The notes: generated from the letters alone by a model not told the origin. 64,000 bases of DNA from Candidatus Kapaibacterium sp. (GCA_017882165.1 JADGPZ010000001.1:43529-107528); one strand, 5' to 3'. Numbered from the stretch's first letter, positions 31,034 to 41,387 are shown. Numbers and translations: made by a program.

Positions 31034-31477
31034 CTACTTCCCCGGCTTCGTGCTCTCGAAGAAGCGGATGTTCGCGTCGATGCGATCATCATTTCCATAT
31101 AACCTCAACCAAACCCGAATCAATAATCTCCTCGTCGGGGTCAGGATTGGGATACCAAGCACGCGCGCGGTCGAGACGATCAGCCGGTCACGGAGCTCGA
31201 GTCCGAGAACATTCTGAGCTTCCAAGATAACCGGGAGATCGATATCTACTAAGCGATAGTTGGTCAGTGCCGAGAGCTTCTCGGTAAATTGGGCAAGGTT
31301 TAGAGGAATCCTACCTTTCTCCGATAGATACAGGATTTCCGCAACGGTCATGATCGATACCGCAATTCTGTTCTTCCCGCGATCCGCCGATTGAAGTAAT
31401 AACTTCGCTCTCTCGGGAATCGACCCTGTTCGAGAGAAGTGGCGAACGATCGTAACAGTATCGGCTAAGAACTCCAC
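31034..31477 (-). CDS. PIN-domain toxin (VapC-like); C-terminal ~25 aa are a diverged duplicate of the MlaD-like C-terminus
   Basis: MEFLADTVTIV (N-terminal Asp), ...VAEIL, LRDRLIVSTARVLGIPILT PIN motifs. Confidence 0.6.
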   Translation of the reverse strand: MEFLADTVTIVRHFSRTGSIPERAKLLLQSADRGKNRIAVSIMTVAEILYLSEKGRIPLNLAQFTEKLSALTNYRLVDIDLPVILEAQNVLGLELRDRLIVSTARVLGIPILTPTRRLLIRVWLRLYGNDDRIDANIRFFESTKPGK

Positions 31478-31725
31478 CGATCACATTTATTAAGAAGGTG
31501 CTCGGATGATTCCTTCCTCAGCTTGCGGACTTCCCCTTCCAGATCGCCAAATTGCTCCCAGCCGAGGCCTTCCCAAATCCCTTCCAACGATTCGACGTTA
31601 CTCGGAGCGGGACGAATGTTCCTAAGGAGCGTTCTGATGAACTCCCGCACTTCCGCAAGCTTGTCGGCCGGGAGGTTCGCGAGATCGCGCTTAATCTCGG
31701 TGAGTTCAATAGCTCTCGGAGTCAT
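31465..31725 (-). CDS. type II antitoxin (DUF2281-like, VapB-type partner)
   Basis: 13-nt overlap with PIN gene; LPADKLAEVREFIRTLL and C-terminal GIWEGLGWEQFGD typical of DUF2281-like antitoxins. Confidence 0.5.
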   Translation of the reverse strand: MTPRAIELTEIKRDLANLPADKLAEVREFIRTLLRNIRPAPSNVESLEGIWEGLGWEQFGDLEGEVRKLRKESSEHLLNKCDRWSS

Positions 31726-31815
31726 ACAATCTAAACGAGCCCTTTGCGGGGAAGTTCGGATACGCGTTTGGACACGAACCGACGAAAGGCGTTAACATAG
31801 GCAGATAAAACGCCG

Positions 31816-32754
31816 CTACTTCACTGGTTTCGAGCTATTGAACAGCCGAACGTTCGCGTCGAGGCCCTGGAGGCGGAGTTGCTCCATGAGTTTGAGGAGG
31901 GAGGCGACGGTGCTGTCCAAACGGTTGGCGAATTGCTCGTCCTTCGTCAGACGGTAGAGCAATGTGTTGGGCTTGTCGGCGCTTGCAAGAAGACTGTCGA
32001 GGCGCACGGCTAACCGGTTCGCACGAATGAGCGCCGTGCGTGCCTCGCCCACGGCCATCGATCCGGTGTCGATCAAAGTCTTGAGACCCGCTCTGTTCTC
32101 CGCAAGCATGTGTGTGAGATCGCGCGTCGCAGTGTCGGCCTGCGCAAATGTGTGCCGGATCGCTGTGCCGTTCTCGTCAAGCAGTGCGGATGCGCGCTTC
32201 GCGATCTGATTGACACTCACCAGCGTGGCGCTCAGTTCGTTCTTGATGGTATCGCCCCTGAACATACTGTTGAGCGCCGTGAACAGCGTGTCCCCTTTGA
32301 CGACGAGCGATTCAAGTGTTGCCGAAAGCGAGTTGACCATCGCGACGAGTGTACTGACATCGCCGGCATAGATCCCGTGCATGATCTTATTGGGCGGCCA
32401 CTTCCCGGTATCCACGCCGGATTTGATCTCGACCTTCTTTCCGCTCATGAGTTCGAGCATGGAAATCTGTATGGATGCATCCTTGCGCAAATCGACCGAC
32501 GAGTCAAAGTCCATCGAGACCATGACGTCCGTATCGCGCGGTGTCACCGCGTGGACGAGGCCACGCTTAATGCCGTTCACCATGACCGGATCGCCGGCCG
32601 CGAGGCCGCCGGCGGTCGGGAAGACCGCCCGGACGACAACCTCATTCGGGCCAAAATGCCAGCTTTTCCCCCACAGAATGCCAAAAAGCATCAGCGCGAC
32701 TGCCACAAGCACCGTCGCGCCTACCTTAATGTCCGTTCGCTCTTCTTTAGTCAC
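31816..32754 (-). CDS. MCE-family protein (MlaD-like outer-membrane lipid asymmetry component)
   Basis: N-terminal TM then MCE domain (VRAVFPTAGGLAAGDPVMVNGIKRGLV...), long helical C-terminus. Confidence 0.82.
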   Translation of the reverse strand: MTKEERTDIKVGATVLVAVALMLFGILWGKSWHFGPNEVVVRAVFPTAGGLAAGDPVMVNGIKRGLVHAVTPRDTDVMVSMDFDSSVDLRKDASIQISMLELMSGKKVEIKSGVDTGKWPPNKIMHGIYAGDVSTLVAMVNSLSATLESLVVKGDTLFTALNSMFRGDTIKNELSATLVSVNQIAKRASALLDENGTAIRHTFAQADTATRDLTHMLAENRAGLKTLIDTGSMAVGEARTALIRANRLAVRLDSLLASADKPNTLLYRLTKDEQFANRLDSTVASLLKLMEQLRLQGLDANVRLFNSSKPVK

Positions 32755-33124
32755 GATACAACTAACGAGATTATCTGAACAATCACTTCACCGGCAATTC
32801 CGCCGAGGCGATCCCGCCGGGCCGAGCAACTCGGTTAGCTGCTCCGCCTGCGCGCGGTTCTTGGAGGAATAGGAGATGAAGATGTCAGACATAGTGCCAG
32901 TGAACCAGCACAAAGTTACGGCAGTCGAATTCTTCCCGCGCAAAAAGCATTTTACCGGGTTCGGGATTACCACCTCACACTTTTCCACCTTTTTCCGCTT
33001 GGCTAAGACCGTTCGTAAGTCGAGATCGAAAGCTGTGGCTCCGCCACCGAATGGAGACGCGGCCAGGACCATCGCCCACGATGGGGCCGCGCCACGCGAT
33101 TCAGGGGTGCCACGCGATCTTGCC

Positions 33125-35956
33125 ATGCCGCGCGTGCTGCCCTCTGCAAAGCGGCCCATCTCCGTCAAGGGCGCACGGCTGCACAACCTGAAGAATCTCT
33201 CGCTCGATTTGGAGCGGAACAAGATGCACGTCTTCACCGGCGTGAGCGGCTCGGGGAAGTCGTCGCTGGCGTTCGATACGCTGTATGCCGAGGGCCAGCG
33301 CCGGTACGTCGAGAGCCTTTCGGTCTATGCGCGGCAGTTCCTGGAGCGGATGCAGAAACCGGAGGTCGATTCGATCACCGGCATCAGTCCGGCGGTGGCA
33401 ATCGAGCAGAAGACGACGACGCGCAATCCGCGCTCGACCGTGGCGACGCAGACCGAGATCTACGATTACCTCCGGCTGCTCTTCGCCCGTGTTGGACACA
33501 CCTATTGCATTCGCTGCGGGCGATTAGTGCGGAAGGACACGCCGCAGTCGGTGATCGAATCGATCCGACAGCGCGCGCGCGAGGGCCAGAAGTTCTATGT
33601 GCTCTTCCCGATGCACCGTCACGAGCAGCATACCCTGGGCGAGGAGTGGGACAATCTCCGGCAGCAAGGATACTTCCGCATCGTGCTGCAAGGCGAAGAG
33701 CGCATACTCGATCTCTCCGAAGAGAATCCAAAGCAGATCGAACCGGGGACCGTGCGCATTCTCATCGACCGGCTCGTCTGGCGTGCCGATGACGAGGGTC
33801 TCGCCTCACGCATTGCGGACTCGATCGAGACTGCCTTCCGTGAGAGTGGCGGCCGCACGATCATCGCGTATCTGGATGGTGATGGCTCGACGCACGAGGA
33901 GTTGTTCTCGGAATTGTTCGAGTGCGCGAACGATGGACTTGCGTACGAAGAGCCGGAGCCACGACTGTTTTCCTTCAACAATCCGTATGGCGCGTGCCCC
34001 GAGTGTCAGGGGTTTGGCCGCGCCATCGGCATCGATCCCGATCTTGTCGTGCCGGATCAAGGCCGTACGATCCGCGGTGGCGCGATCGTCTGCTGGGCTG
34101 GCTCAAAATTTTCCGAATACAATCGCGAACTGATCGCCATTGCGAAGGAGGCGGGTGTGAGAGTCGATGTTCCATTCAGTTCGCTGACGGAGCACGAGCG
34201 CGGAATCGTTTGGGGTGGCTATGGCCGCTACGTCGGCATTACTGGATTCTTCACCGAGCTCGAACAGCAAACGTACAAACTGCACTACCGCGTGATGCTC
34301 TCACGGTTTCGCGGCTATACCACCTGTCCCAAATGCCACGGCTCGCGCCTGCGGCCTGCCTCGATGAATGTGCGCATCGGCAGCACCGATGGGCCATCGG
34401 ACAAAACGATCCACGACATCGTCCGTATGACGACGCGCGAGGCGCGGCGCTTCTTCGAAGAGCTTACACTCCCGGAATACGAGCAGACCATCGCGGCGCG
34501 CATTCTGGACGAACTGCGCAAACGCACGCGATACTTAGATGAAGTGGGCCTCAGCTATCTGACGCTGGAGCGGCTATCGAGCACGCTCTCGGGTGGCGAA
34601 TCGCAACGCATTAATCTTGCCACATCGCTTGGCGGCGCGCTCGTCGGCGCACTCTATGTGCTCGATGAGCCAACAATCGGTCTGCACCAGCGCGACACGG
34701 CCAAGCTGCTTGCAATTCTGCACCGCGTCCGCGATCTCGGCAACACAGTAATCGTTGTCGAGCACGATGAAGAGGTGATTCGCGCTGCCGATCAAGTTGT
34801 CGATTTCGGACCGCTGGCTGGCGAGCTTGGTGGCGAGATTCTATTTCAAGGGCCGGTGGCCAGTCTGCTCGCCGATAAGAAGAGCAGGTCGCTCACGGGA
34901 AAATATCTCCGCCGCGAGCGTGAGATCGCCGTGCCGATTAAGCGGCGGCGCATCGACCCGAGATATGCCATCATTGTACACGACACGAGCGAACATAACC
35001 TGAAGGATCTGACTGTTTCATTTCCATTAGAGTCGTTCGTCGTAGTAACCGGAGTGTCCGGTTCTGGTAAGTCGACACTCGTTCACTCAGTGCTCTATTC
35101 CGGACTGAAGAAGCTGAAGGGCGAAAGCGTCGGACCGGTCGGCTCGCACCGCGAGATTGAAGGCGCCGATTTCGTGAAGCATGTCGAGTTGGTAGATCAA
35201 ACACCAATTGGCCGCACGCCTCGCTCGAATCCGGCAACCTACGTGAAGGTCTTCGATCTGATTCGCGAAGCGTTCAGTCGGACGGTGTATGCGAAGCAGC
35301 GCAACTGGGCGCCGGGATATTTTTCGTTCAACATTCCGGGCGGCCGCTGCGAGGCGTGCCAAGGCGAGGGATTCGTCAAAGTCGAGATGCAATTCCTGGC
35401 AGACATGTATCTGCTTTGCGACTCCTGCGGTGGCAAGCGATACAAACAGGAAGTTCTGGACGCGACGCTGGACGGCAAGAACATAGTTGATGTGCTCGGC
35501 ATGACCATGACCGACGCAATCGTGTTTTTCGAGGAACACGACCGCATCCGCCGACGCCTGCAAGTCCTCGATGATGTTGGACTCGGTTACATGCGCCTCG
35601 GCCAGCCGGCCACGACGCTCTCCGGCGGCGAGGCGCAGCGCGTGAAGCTCGCCGCGCATCTTGTGGACGAAGCCGAGGAGCACACGCTCTTTATCTTCGA
35701 TGAACCAACGACCGGACTCCACTTCGATGACATTGCGAAGCTACTCGCCGCGCTGAATGCCTTGATCGAGCGCGGCCACTCCGTGATCGCCATCGAGCAC
35801 AATCTCGATGTCGTGAAGACCGCCGACTGGGTGATCGATCTCGGTCCCGATGCGGGCGCGGATGGTGGCGAGATCGTCGCGGTAGGAACGCCGGAGACGA
35901 TTGCGAAAGCGGAACGGTCGTATACGGGGAAGTACCTTGCACCCTTGCTTGCATAA
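33125..35956 (+). CDS. uvrA: excinuclease ABC subunit A
   Basis: Two ABC ATPase modules ([28 protein letters not shown]; [11 protein letters not shown]), zinc-finger Cys pairs; start set at [24 protein letters not shown] rather than longest ORF. Confidence 0.95.
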   Translation: MPRVLPSAKRPISVKGARLHNLKNLSLDLERNKMHVFTGVSGSGKSSLAFDTLYAEGQRRYVESLSVYARQFLERMQKPEVDSITGISPAVAIEQKTTTRNPRSTVATQTEIYDYLRLLFARVGHTYCIRCGRLVRKDTPQSVIESIRQRAREGQKFYVLFPMHRHEQHTLGEEWDNLRQQGYFRIVLQGEERILDLSEENPKQIEPGTVRILIDRLVWRADDEGLASRIADSIETAFRESGGRTIIAYLDGDGSTHEELFSELFECANDGLAYEEPEPRLFSFNNPYGACPECQGFGRAIGIDPDLVVPDQGRTIRGGAIVCWAGSKFSEYNRELIAIAKEAGVRVDVPFSSLTEHERGIVWGGYGRYVGITGFFTELEQQTYKLHYRVMLSRFRGYTTCPKCHGSRLRPASMNVRIGSTDGPSDKTIHDIVRMTTREARRFFEELTLPEYEQTIAARILDELRKRTRYLDEVGLSYLTLERLSSTLSGGESQRINLATSLGGALVGALYVLDEPTIGLHQRDTAKLLAILHRVRDLGNTVIVVEHDEEVIRAADQVVDFGPLAGELGGEILFQGPVASLLADKKSRSLTGKYLRREREIAVPIKRRRIDPRYAIIVHDTSEHNLKDLTVSFPLESFVVVTGVSGSGKSTLVHSVLYSGLKKLKGESVGPVGSHREIEGADFVKHVELVDQTPIGRTPRSNPATYVKVFDLIREAFSRTVYAKQRNWAPGYFSFNIPGGRCEACQGEGFVKVEMQFLADMYLLCDSCGGKRYKQEVLDATLDGKNIVDVLGMTMTDAIVFFEEHDRIRRRLQVLDDVGLGYMRLGQPATTLSGGEAQRVKLAAHLVDEAEEHTLFIFDEPTTGLHFDDIAKLLAALNALIERGHSVIAIEHNLDVVKTADWVIDLGPDAGADGGEIVAVGTPETIAKAERSYTGKYLAPLLA

Positions 35957-35971
35957 TAAATCACCGCAATC

Positions 35972-36310
35972 ATGAAATTCATGTTGTTCATTTTCGTCGG
36001 ATTGATTATCTTATCGATCGTCAATCTGATGTTCCTTCTTAATAACGGTCCAAGTCTCGCTTATTTGCTGGTTTTTTACAATGACATCATTCTGATCGGC
36101 GCGTTTCTCATATTCGCGTTTGTCAAGTCGATGCGTACTTTGCGAAAATACAATTACGGGATTCTGTTGCTCCTGTGCGCTGCAGTTTATTTCCTCGACA
36201 AAGGTTCGAACGACACGATTCAGAAAGCAGCGATTGCATTCTCATTGGCGATCATTGCTCTTCAAATCATAGAAGCCATAGTGTTTCGTAAAGCGAAGAT
36301 TCATATCTAA
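35972..36310 (+). CDS. hypothetical small integral membrane protein (low-GC gene)
   Basis: Three to four hydrophobic helices; ~42% GC versus ~60% flanks; stop overlaps relic lpxB ATG (TAATG). Confidence 0.45.
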   Translation: MKFMLFIFVGLIILSIVNLMFLLNNGPSLAYLLVFYNDIILIGAFLIFAFVKSMRTLRKYNYGILLLLCAAVYFLDKGSNDTIQKAAIAFSLAIIALQIIEAIVFRKAKIHI

Positions 36311-36357
36311 TGACTCGTTCGATCATGCTCATTGCCGGCGAGGCCTCCGGCGACCGG
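36310..36357 (+). pseudogene. relic duplicate of the lpxB 5-prime end (first 16 codons, MTRSIMLIAGEASGDR) followed by frame loss
   Basis: ~85% nt identity to 36922..36969 (true lpxB start MTRNIMLIAGEASGDR). Confidence 0.6.
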
Positions 36358-36395
36358 AATAAGAACGAGATCTGGCCCTTGGATGTTGCCCAGTC

Positions 36396-36614
36396 ATGCT
36401 CCCCTCTATCGAAGCCATCGTCGAAAAAGACGGACGAATTCGTCCCCTCGAACGCGTGAATGTGCGTGAGGGTACGCATGCAATTGTGACGTTCCTATCG
36501 GAGCCGAATGAATTGGTTCGCAACGACACGGCTCTGCTGAGCGAAGCGGCGCTCTCCGATTGGAACAGACCGGAAGAAGACGAAGCATGGGCCTATTTGC
36601 AAAAGGGTCGATAG
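36396..36614 (+). CDS. type II antitoxin, DUF104-like N-terminus
   Basis: IEAIVEKDGRIRPLERVNVREGTHAIV matches DUF104 antitoxin pattern; overlaps downstream toxin gene. Confidence 0.5.
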   Translation: MLPSIEAIVEKDGRIRPLERVNVREGTHAIVTFLSEPNELVRNDTALLSEAALSDWNRPEEDEAWAYLQKGR

Positions 36615-36925
36615 TTCTCGTCCCTTATCCTTTTAGCGATCTTTCTGGAACAAAGCTGAGGCCCGCGCTGGTCTTGGCTGAAGTGTCGTTCAATGATTAT
36701 GTGTTTTGCCAAATAACCACAAAACCGTATGGAGCGAAGCATGTTGTCCCGATTAAACCTGAGCTAAACCCACAATCGGGGCTTCACGCGTTAAGCTACC
36801 TGAGGCCGGAAAAAGTCTTTACTGGCAACGAAAATCTCATTCTCGAACAGATTGGAGTTTTGGAAGAACGTACTGTTGAAGAAGTTGTGGACTCCATTAC
36901 TGCAATTCTTCGCTCTGGGCGATGA
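36587..36925 (+). CDS. MazF/PemK-family endoribonuclease toxin
   Basis: GSIVLVPYPFSDLSGTKLRPALVL hallmark N-terminus; stop overlaps lpxB ATG (ATGA). Confidence 0.72.
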   Translation: MGLFAKGSIVLVPYPFSDLSGTKLRPALVLAEVSFNDYVFCQITTKPYGAKHVVPIKPELNPQSGLHALSYLRPEKVFTGNENLILEQIGVLEERTVEEVVDSITAILRSGR

Positions 36926-38088
36926 CCCGCAACATCATGCTCATTGCCGGGGAAGCATCCGGCGACCGGATTGCGGCGCGGGCCATACGCGCGGTGAATG
37001 CGCTTGCGCGTGAGCGGGGCATTCTGGCGAGCGTATATGGTATTGCGGGGGATGAGTGCGCGGCGGAAGGTGTCGAGTATTTACACACGGCGCGTGAGAT
37101 GTCGGTCGTTGGCTTCGTCGAGGTTGCGCGGCGGTTTCGGTTCTTCCGTAACGTGCTGCGGGAGATGACGGAGTTGCTCGACACTCGGCGGCCCGATGTG
37201 CTCTTGCTCGTCGATTATCCGGGCTTTAACATCCGACTCGCGCGGGAGGCGAAGAAGCGTGGCATCCGGGTCGTCTATTATGTGAGTCCGCAAGTTTGGG
37301 CATGGCATGCCTCGCGCATTGACGTGCTGAGGGAAGTTGTGAATGAGATGCTCGTCGTGTTTCCGTTCGAGGAGTCGTTATACCACGAACATGGACTGAC
37401 AAACGCGCACTTTGTCGGTCATCCGCTCGTCGAGCGCATCGAAGAAGAGCGTTCAGCATTCCGCTCGCGCGAATTATTTGCGAGCGCCTACGGGCTTGAC
37501 GCATCTCGCGAGTGGCTGCTTGTATTTTCCGGCAGCCGGAGAGAGGAAGTGCGAAGATTGCTGCCGGTGATGGCAAACGCGGCTGGTCTCTTTGCGGCAA
37601 AACACTATCTTCAGCCAATCCTGGTAGAATCCGAAGCAATCGAGGAGAATCGATATGACCTATCGGTCGGATCCGACCAATCAGACCGATCCACGGAGAT
37701 TGTACGTTTCCGCGACGCGAAAGCGACCCACGAGCTAATGTCTCACGCCGCACTGGGTCTGCTCAAGAGCGGTACGACTACGCTGGAGGCAGCGCTGCTG
37801 GGGCTGCCCGGCATCATTGTCTACAAAACCCATCCTGTTTCCTTCGCGATTGGCAAGCGGGTTGTGAAATTGCAGTATATTGGGCTGGCTAATATCGTGC
37901 TGGGACAGAAGCTGTATCCTGAGTTATTGCAACATGATGTAACAGTGAACAAGATAGTGGACGAGTTGGACGAAGTATGGAGACGCGCTGACAGCTTTCG
38001 AGAATCGCTTCATGGCCTGGCCGATAGTTTGCGTGGCCCTGCACCCGGACCGTCGCGCCGTGTGGCGGAAACATTACTGGCCGGATGA
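36922..38088 (+). CDS. lpxB: lipid-A-disaccharide synthase
   Basis: N-terminal IMLIAGEASGD and family-wide conservation (LLLVDYPGFN, YYVSPQVWAW). Confidence 0.92.
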   Translation: MTRNIMLIAGEASGDRIAARAIRAVNALARERGILASVYGIAGDECAAEGVEYLHTAREMSVVGFVEVARRFRFFRNVLREMTELLDTRRPDVLLLVDYPGFNIRLAREAKKRGIRVVYYVSPQVWAWHASRIDVLREVVNEMLVVFPFEESLYHEHGLTNAHFVGHPLVERIEEERSAFRSRELFASAYGLDASREWLLVFSGSRREEVRRLLPVMANAAGLFAAKHYLQPILVESEAIEENRYDLSVGSDQSDRSTEIVRFRDAKATHELMSHAALGLLKSGTTTLEAALLGLPGIIVYKTHPVSFAIGKRVVKLQYIGLANIVLGQKLYPELLQHDVTVNKIVDELDEVWRRADSFRESLHGLADSLRGPAPGPSRRVAETLLAG

Positions 38089-38651
38089 TCGAGCGATTGC
38101 TTCCACTCTTCGCAACACTGCTTGCGCGGACACTGCGGATTCGCTGGAGTGGCGAGCGGCTCCCGGCGCGCGCAATCGTTATGTTCTGGCATGGCAAGAT
38201 GTTCGCCGGATGGTATGCTGTTCGCGGGCGATGTCCCGTCGCGCTGGTGAGCCGGAGCAAGGATGGCACGTACTTATCGAGCGTTCTTCAACAGTGGGGA
38301 TACAAACTCTCGCGTGGATCGAGCGGCAAGCGAGGGATGGAAGCACTCGATGAAGCAATCCGAATGCTGAGCGAGAGCGAGGCCGATACCCTTGCGATTA
38401 CGCCTGATGGCCCGCGTGGTCCAAGGCACATCTTCAAGCGAGGCGCATTCATCGCCGCGCGTGAGACGGGACTGCCGCTTTACATGCTCAACGTTCAGTA
38501 TCATCGCAAAGTAGTGTTGAAGAAGAGTTGGGATATGTTTGAAGTGCCGTTGCCATTCTCGAAAGTGGATGTTAGAGTGGACAAAGTGGACTTGATGGAC
38601 CAATTGGACGATCAGACGCTCGAAAGAATTTCTCGTCCCTTTGCCGTATGA
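38085..38651 (+). CDS. DUF374-domain (lysophospholipid acyltransferase-like) protein
   Basis: Pattern typical of DUF374 proteins found beside Kdo transferase/lpx genes; overlaps lpxB and lpxK by 4 nt. Confidence 0.65.
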   Translation: MIERLLPLFATLLARTLRIRWSGERLPARAIVMFWHGKMFAGWYAVRGRCPVALVSRSKDGTYLSSVLQQWGYKLSRGSSGKRGMEALDEAIRMLSESEADTLAITPDGPRGPRHIFKRGAFIAARETGLPLYMLNVQYHRKVVLKKSWDMFEVPLPFSKVDVRVDKVDLMDQLDDQTLERISRPFAV

Positions 38652-39691
38652 CTGCCATCTTCGATTACCTCAATCCTTATGCGTATGCCATGCGTCTGCG
38701 GCGCAAGCTGTATGAGCGCGGCACACTTCGCTCTTCGCATCCCGGCGTTCCGGTGATCAGCATTGGCAATCTCTCGCTCGGCGGGACGGGCAAATCGCCG
38801 ATGGTGCTGTTGGTCGCACGCTACCTTATGAGCCAGCGCGGCAAACGTGTCGCCATCGTCTCGCGCGGATACAAACGACGCTCCAAAGGCTTTGTGCTCG
38901 TCAGCGATGCGCGTCGCGTGTTGGCAACAGTCGATAACTCTGGCGACGAAGCGCAGATGTTCGCACAGAGTCTGCCCGGCGCAATTGTGATCGTCAGCGA
39001 AGACCGGACGCGTGGCGCAAAGGAAGCGAAGCGGCTTGGCGCGGAGGTGATCCTGCTCGACGATGGTTTCCAACATCAACACCTGCAGCGCGATTTGAAT
39101 ATCGTGCTGATCGATGCCGAGCGTCCTCTTTCAGCCGTCATTCCCTTTGGCCGGTTTCGCGAGCCATTCAGCGCAGTGCGCGCGGCGGATGCGATTGTAT
39201 TCACCAATGCCGGCGACAAGTTCGTCATGAGAAATCACTGGGACCGCCTGAAACCGTACCTGCGACCCAACGTGATCGCGGCAGCGGTCTGGTCGACTCC
39301 TCAGTCGCTTCATCACATTGCGAGCGGTGTGCCATTCCCGCTGGATGATTTGAGGGCGAAGCGTGTCATCGCATTTTCGAGTATTGCTTCGCCCGCAAGA
39401 TTCCATCGAATGCTCGAACGCTTGGGCGCGGAAGTCATCGCCCGCGAACTGGGCGATCACGCCGAGTATACACAAGCATTTGCGACGACGCTCATGCGCG
39501 ACGCCGAACGCTCTGGTGCTCAAATCCTTGTGACGACCATGAAGGACGCCGTCAAGTGCCGCGGCCTTTTTGAACGCGTGGGGGGCGCCGTCCCCGGCGC
39601 CCCTCCACTTCCGGTCTTCGTTCTCAAGCAAGAACTCGAATTCTTGAGCGGCGAGCAAAGTTTACATGATGCCATTGATTCCACTCTATGA
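38648..39691 (+). CDS. lpxK: tetraacyldisaccharide 4-prime-kinase
   Basis: P-loop GNLSLGGTGKSP and LpxK family conservation. Confidence 0.9.
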   Translation: MTAIFDYLNPYAYAMRLRRKLYERGTLRSSHPGVPVISIGNLSLGGTGKSPMVLLVARYLMSQRGKRVAIVSRGYKRRSKGFVLVSDARRVLATVDNSGDEAQMFAQSLPGAIVIVSEDRTRGAKEAKRLGAEVILLDDGFQHQHLQRDLNIVLIDAERPLSAVIPFGRFREPFSAVRAADAIVFTNAGDKFVMRNHWDRLKPYLRPNVIAAAVWSTPQSLHHIASGVPFPLDDLRAKRVIAFSSIASPARFHRMLERLGAEVIARELGDHAEYTQAFATTLMRDAERSGAQILVTTMKDAVKCRGLFERVGGAVPGAPPLPVFVLKQELEFLSGEQSLHDAIDSTL

Positions 39692-40410
39692 AGCTTACCA
39701 TCGGCCTTTCGTACGCGCCAGAAGAGAACGAAAAGTATGACCGTTACCGCGAAGCGGTACAACATGCGGCACGGATCTTAGACGAAGAGGTTACGCTCGT
39801 CAATCTTTCGGCCCATCCCAATCAGCTCACCGAGTGCGATGGTGTGATTTTCACCGGCGGCAATGACATCGAGCCATCGCGCTACGGCAAGCAAACAGAA
39901 GAGCGGCTCTGCACGGATATTGATGAGGCACGCGACCAGGTGGAGTTTGAGTTAGCTGCGAAGGCTGACGAGAACCGGATGCCCACGCTCGGTATTTGCC
40001 GCGGTTTGCAGCTATTGAATGTCCATCGCGGCGGCACGCTCGTGACCGACATCCAAACATTTGGTGGCAGAGATCACACGAAGATCGATGGTCACGACCG
40101 GCGGCATCGCGTGAAGATCGAGACGGGATCGTATCTCCGAGGCGTATTCCGGGCGAGTGAAGGCGAGATTAATAGCTCACACCATCAGGCCGCCGAGCGA
40201 CCCGGCGAGGGCCTTATCGTTGTCGCTCGCGCCGAAGAGGACGGCACGATCGAGGCACTCGAATGGGCCGACCCAACCGGCAAACCATTCTTCCTTGCGG
40301 TGCAGTGGCACCCGGAGCGGATGGAATTTGATGAGCCGTTCGCCGGAAGAATTTTCGAATCCTTCTTGTGGGAAGTAGCAGCACATAAGACATTGCGATC
40401 TCGTCTCTAA
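39688..40410 (+). CDS. gamma-glutamyl-gamma-aminobutyrate hydrolase family (class I glutamine amidotransferase-like, peptidase C26)
   Basis: LGICRGLQLLNV nucleophile elbow, HH...AVQWHPE. Confidence 0.82.
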   Translation: MKLTIGLSYAPEENEKYDRYREAVQHAARILDEEVTLVNLSAHPNQLTECDGVIFTGGNDIEPSRYGKQTEERLCTDIDEARDQVEFELAAKADENRMPTLGICRGLQLLNVHRGGTLVTDIQTFGGRDHTKIDGHDRRHRVKIETGSYLRGVFRASEGEINSSHHQAAERPGEGLIVVARAEEDGTIEALEWADPTGKPFFLAVQWHPERMEFDEPFAGRIFESFLWEVAAHKTLRSRL

Positions 40411-40418
40411 CGGAAATC

Positions 40419-41387
40419 ATGACTCGCGATCTCGATAACGCATTTGGCGTGCGGCCGCTCGTGCTCGATGGCGCATTAGGCACGGTGATGGAAGGCCGCG
40501 GCGTGAACACCAGCGGCAAAAGCTGGACCGCGCGCGGACTCGTCTCGCATCCCGATCTCATCTATCGCGTCCACAAGGATTACCTATGGGAGGGCGCGGA
40601 CATTCTCACAGCGAACACATTCCGCACCAATCCACGCGCACTCAAAGATACTGGACTGGACGCTGAAGCGCTGACCAAGAAGGCTGTTCGTATCGCGCGC
40701 AAAGCACGGCGTGAGAAGAATCCGCTCATCCGCGTGGCTGGCTCAATCGCGCCGGTCGAGGATTGCTTCTCACCCGAGTTGGTGCCGGCGAGCGATGCCG
40801 CACTTGTTGAAGAGCACCGCGTCATGGCACGCTGGCTCGATGAGGCCAGAGTCGATATTATTCTGATCGAGACGATGAACACGCTGCGCGAAGCACTCTG
40901 CGCGCTTGCTGCCGCGAAGGCGGAATCGGAAAAATATGTTTGGGTTTCGCTCGTGCCGAAGGACGGCGAGACGATGCTGGACGGCACTCCGCTCGATTAT
41001 GCGGTCAAACGTTTGGCTGAGGGCGGAGCACATTTGGTTGCGCTGAACTGCGCGCCACTCACGACAATCATGGATGCGATGCCGGTATTTTCGAAAGCCG
41101 CGAGACGCGCGATGGTCTGGTTCGGGTGTTATCCGAACGCATCCGAAAAGCTACCGGATGGAACGTGGGACCTCTATGCTTCCAGCAACAAGCAGATCAT
41201 GGAAGGTTGCCTCGCATGGATGCAGGAAGGCGCAGTGATGGTCGGAAGTTGCTGCGGCACGACACCGAGCACGACCGGGCGCATTCGCACGAAGCGCGAT
41301 CTCTTCTACCTCAACATGGAGCACATCGACCTGGGGGGCGACGAGGATGATCGAGCATCCATGGAAGACTCCGAATTGCCGTTTTGA
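40419..41387 (+). CDS. homocysteine S-methyltransferase family protein
   Basis: LDGALGT, ANTF, zinc-binding Cys residues (ALNC..., GSCCGTTP). Confidence 0.82.
   Translation: MTRDLDNAFGVRPLVLDGALGTVMEGRGVNTSGKSWTARGLVSHPDLIYRVHKDYLWEGADILTANTFRTNPRALKDTGLDAEALTKKAVRIARKARREKNPLIRVAGSIAPVEDCFSPELVPASDAALVEEHRVMARWLDEARVDIILIETMNTLREALCALAAAKAESEKYVWVSLVPKDGETMLDGTPLDYAVKRLAEGGAHLVALNCAPLTTIMDAMPVFSKAARRAMVWFGCYPNASEKLPDGTWDLYASSNKQIMEGCLAWMQEGAVMVGSCCGTTPSTTGRIRTKRDLFYLNMEHIDLGGDEDDRASMEDSELPF

Noticed and set aside
32876-33124. N-terminal 83-codon extension of the uvrA ORF, and overlapping minus-strand ORF 32788..33237
   Set aside because: UvrA homology begins at [24 protein letters not shown] (33125). 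The extension has no UvrA similarity and would overlap the divergent promoter region. The minus-strand ORF has no features and overlaps the uvrA start.
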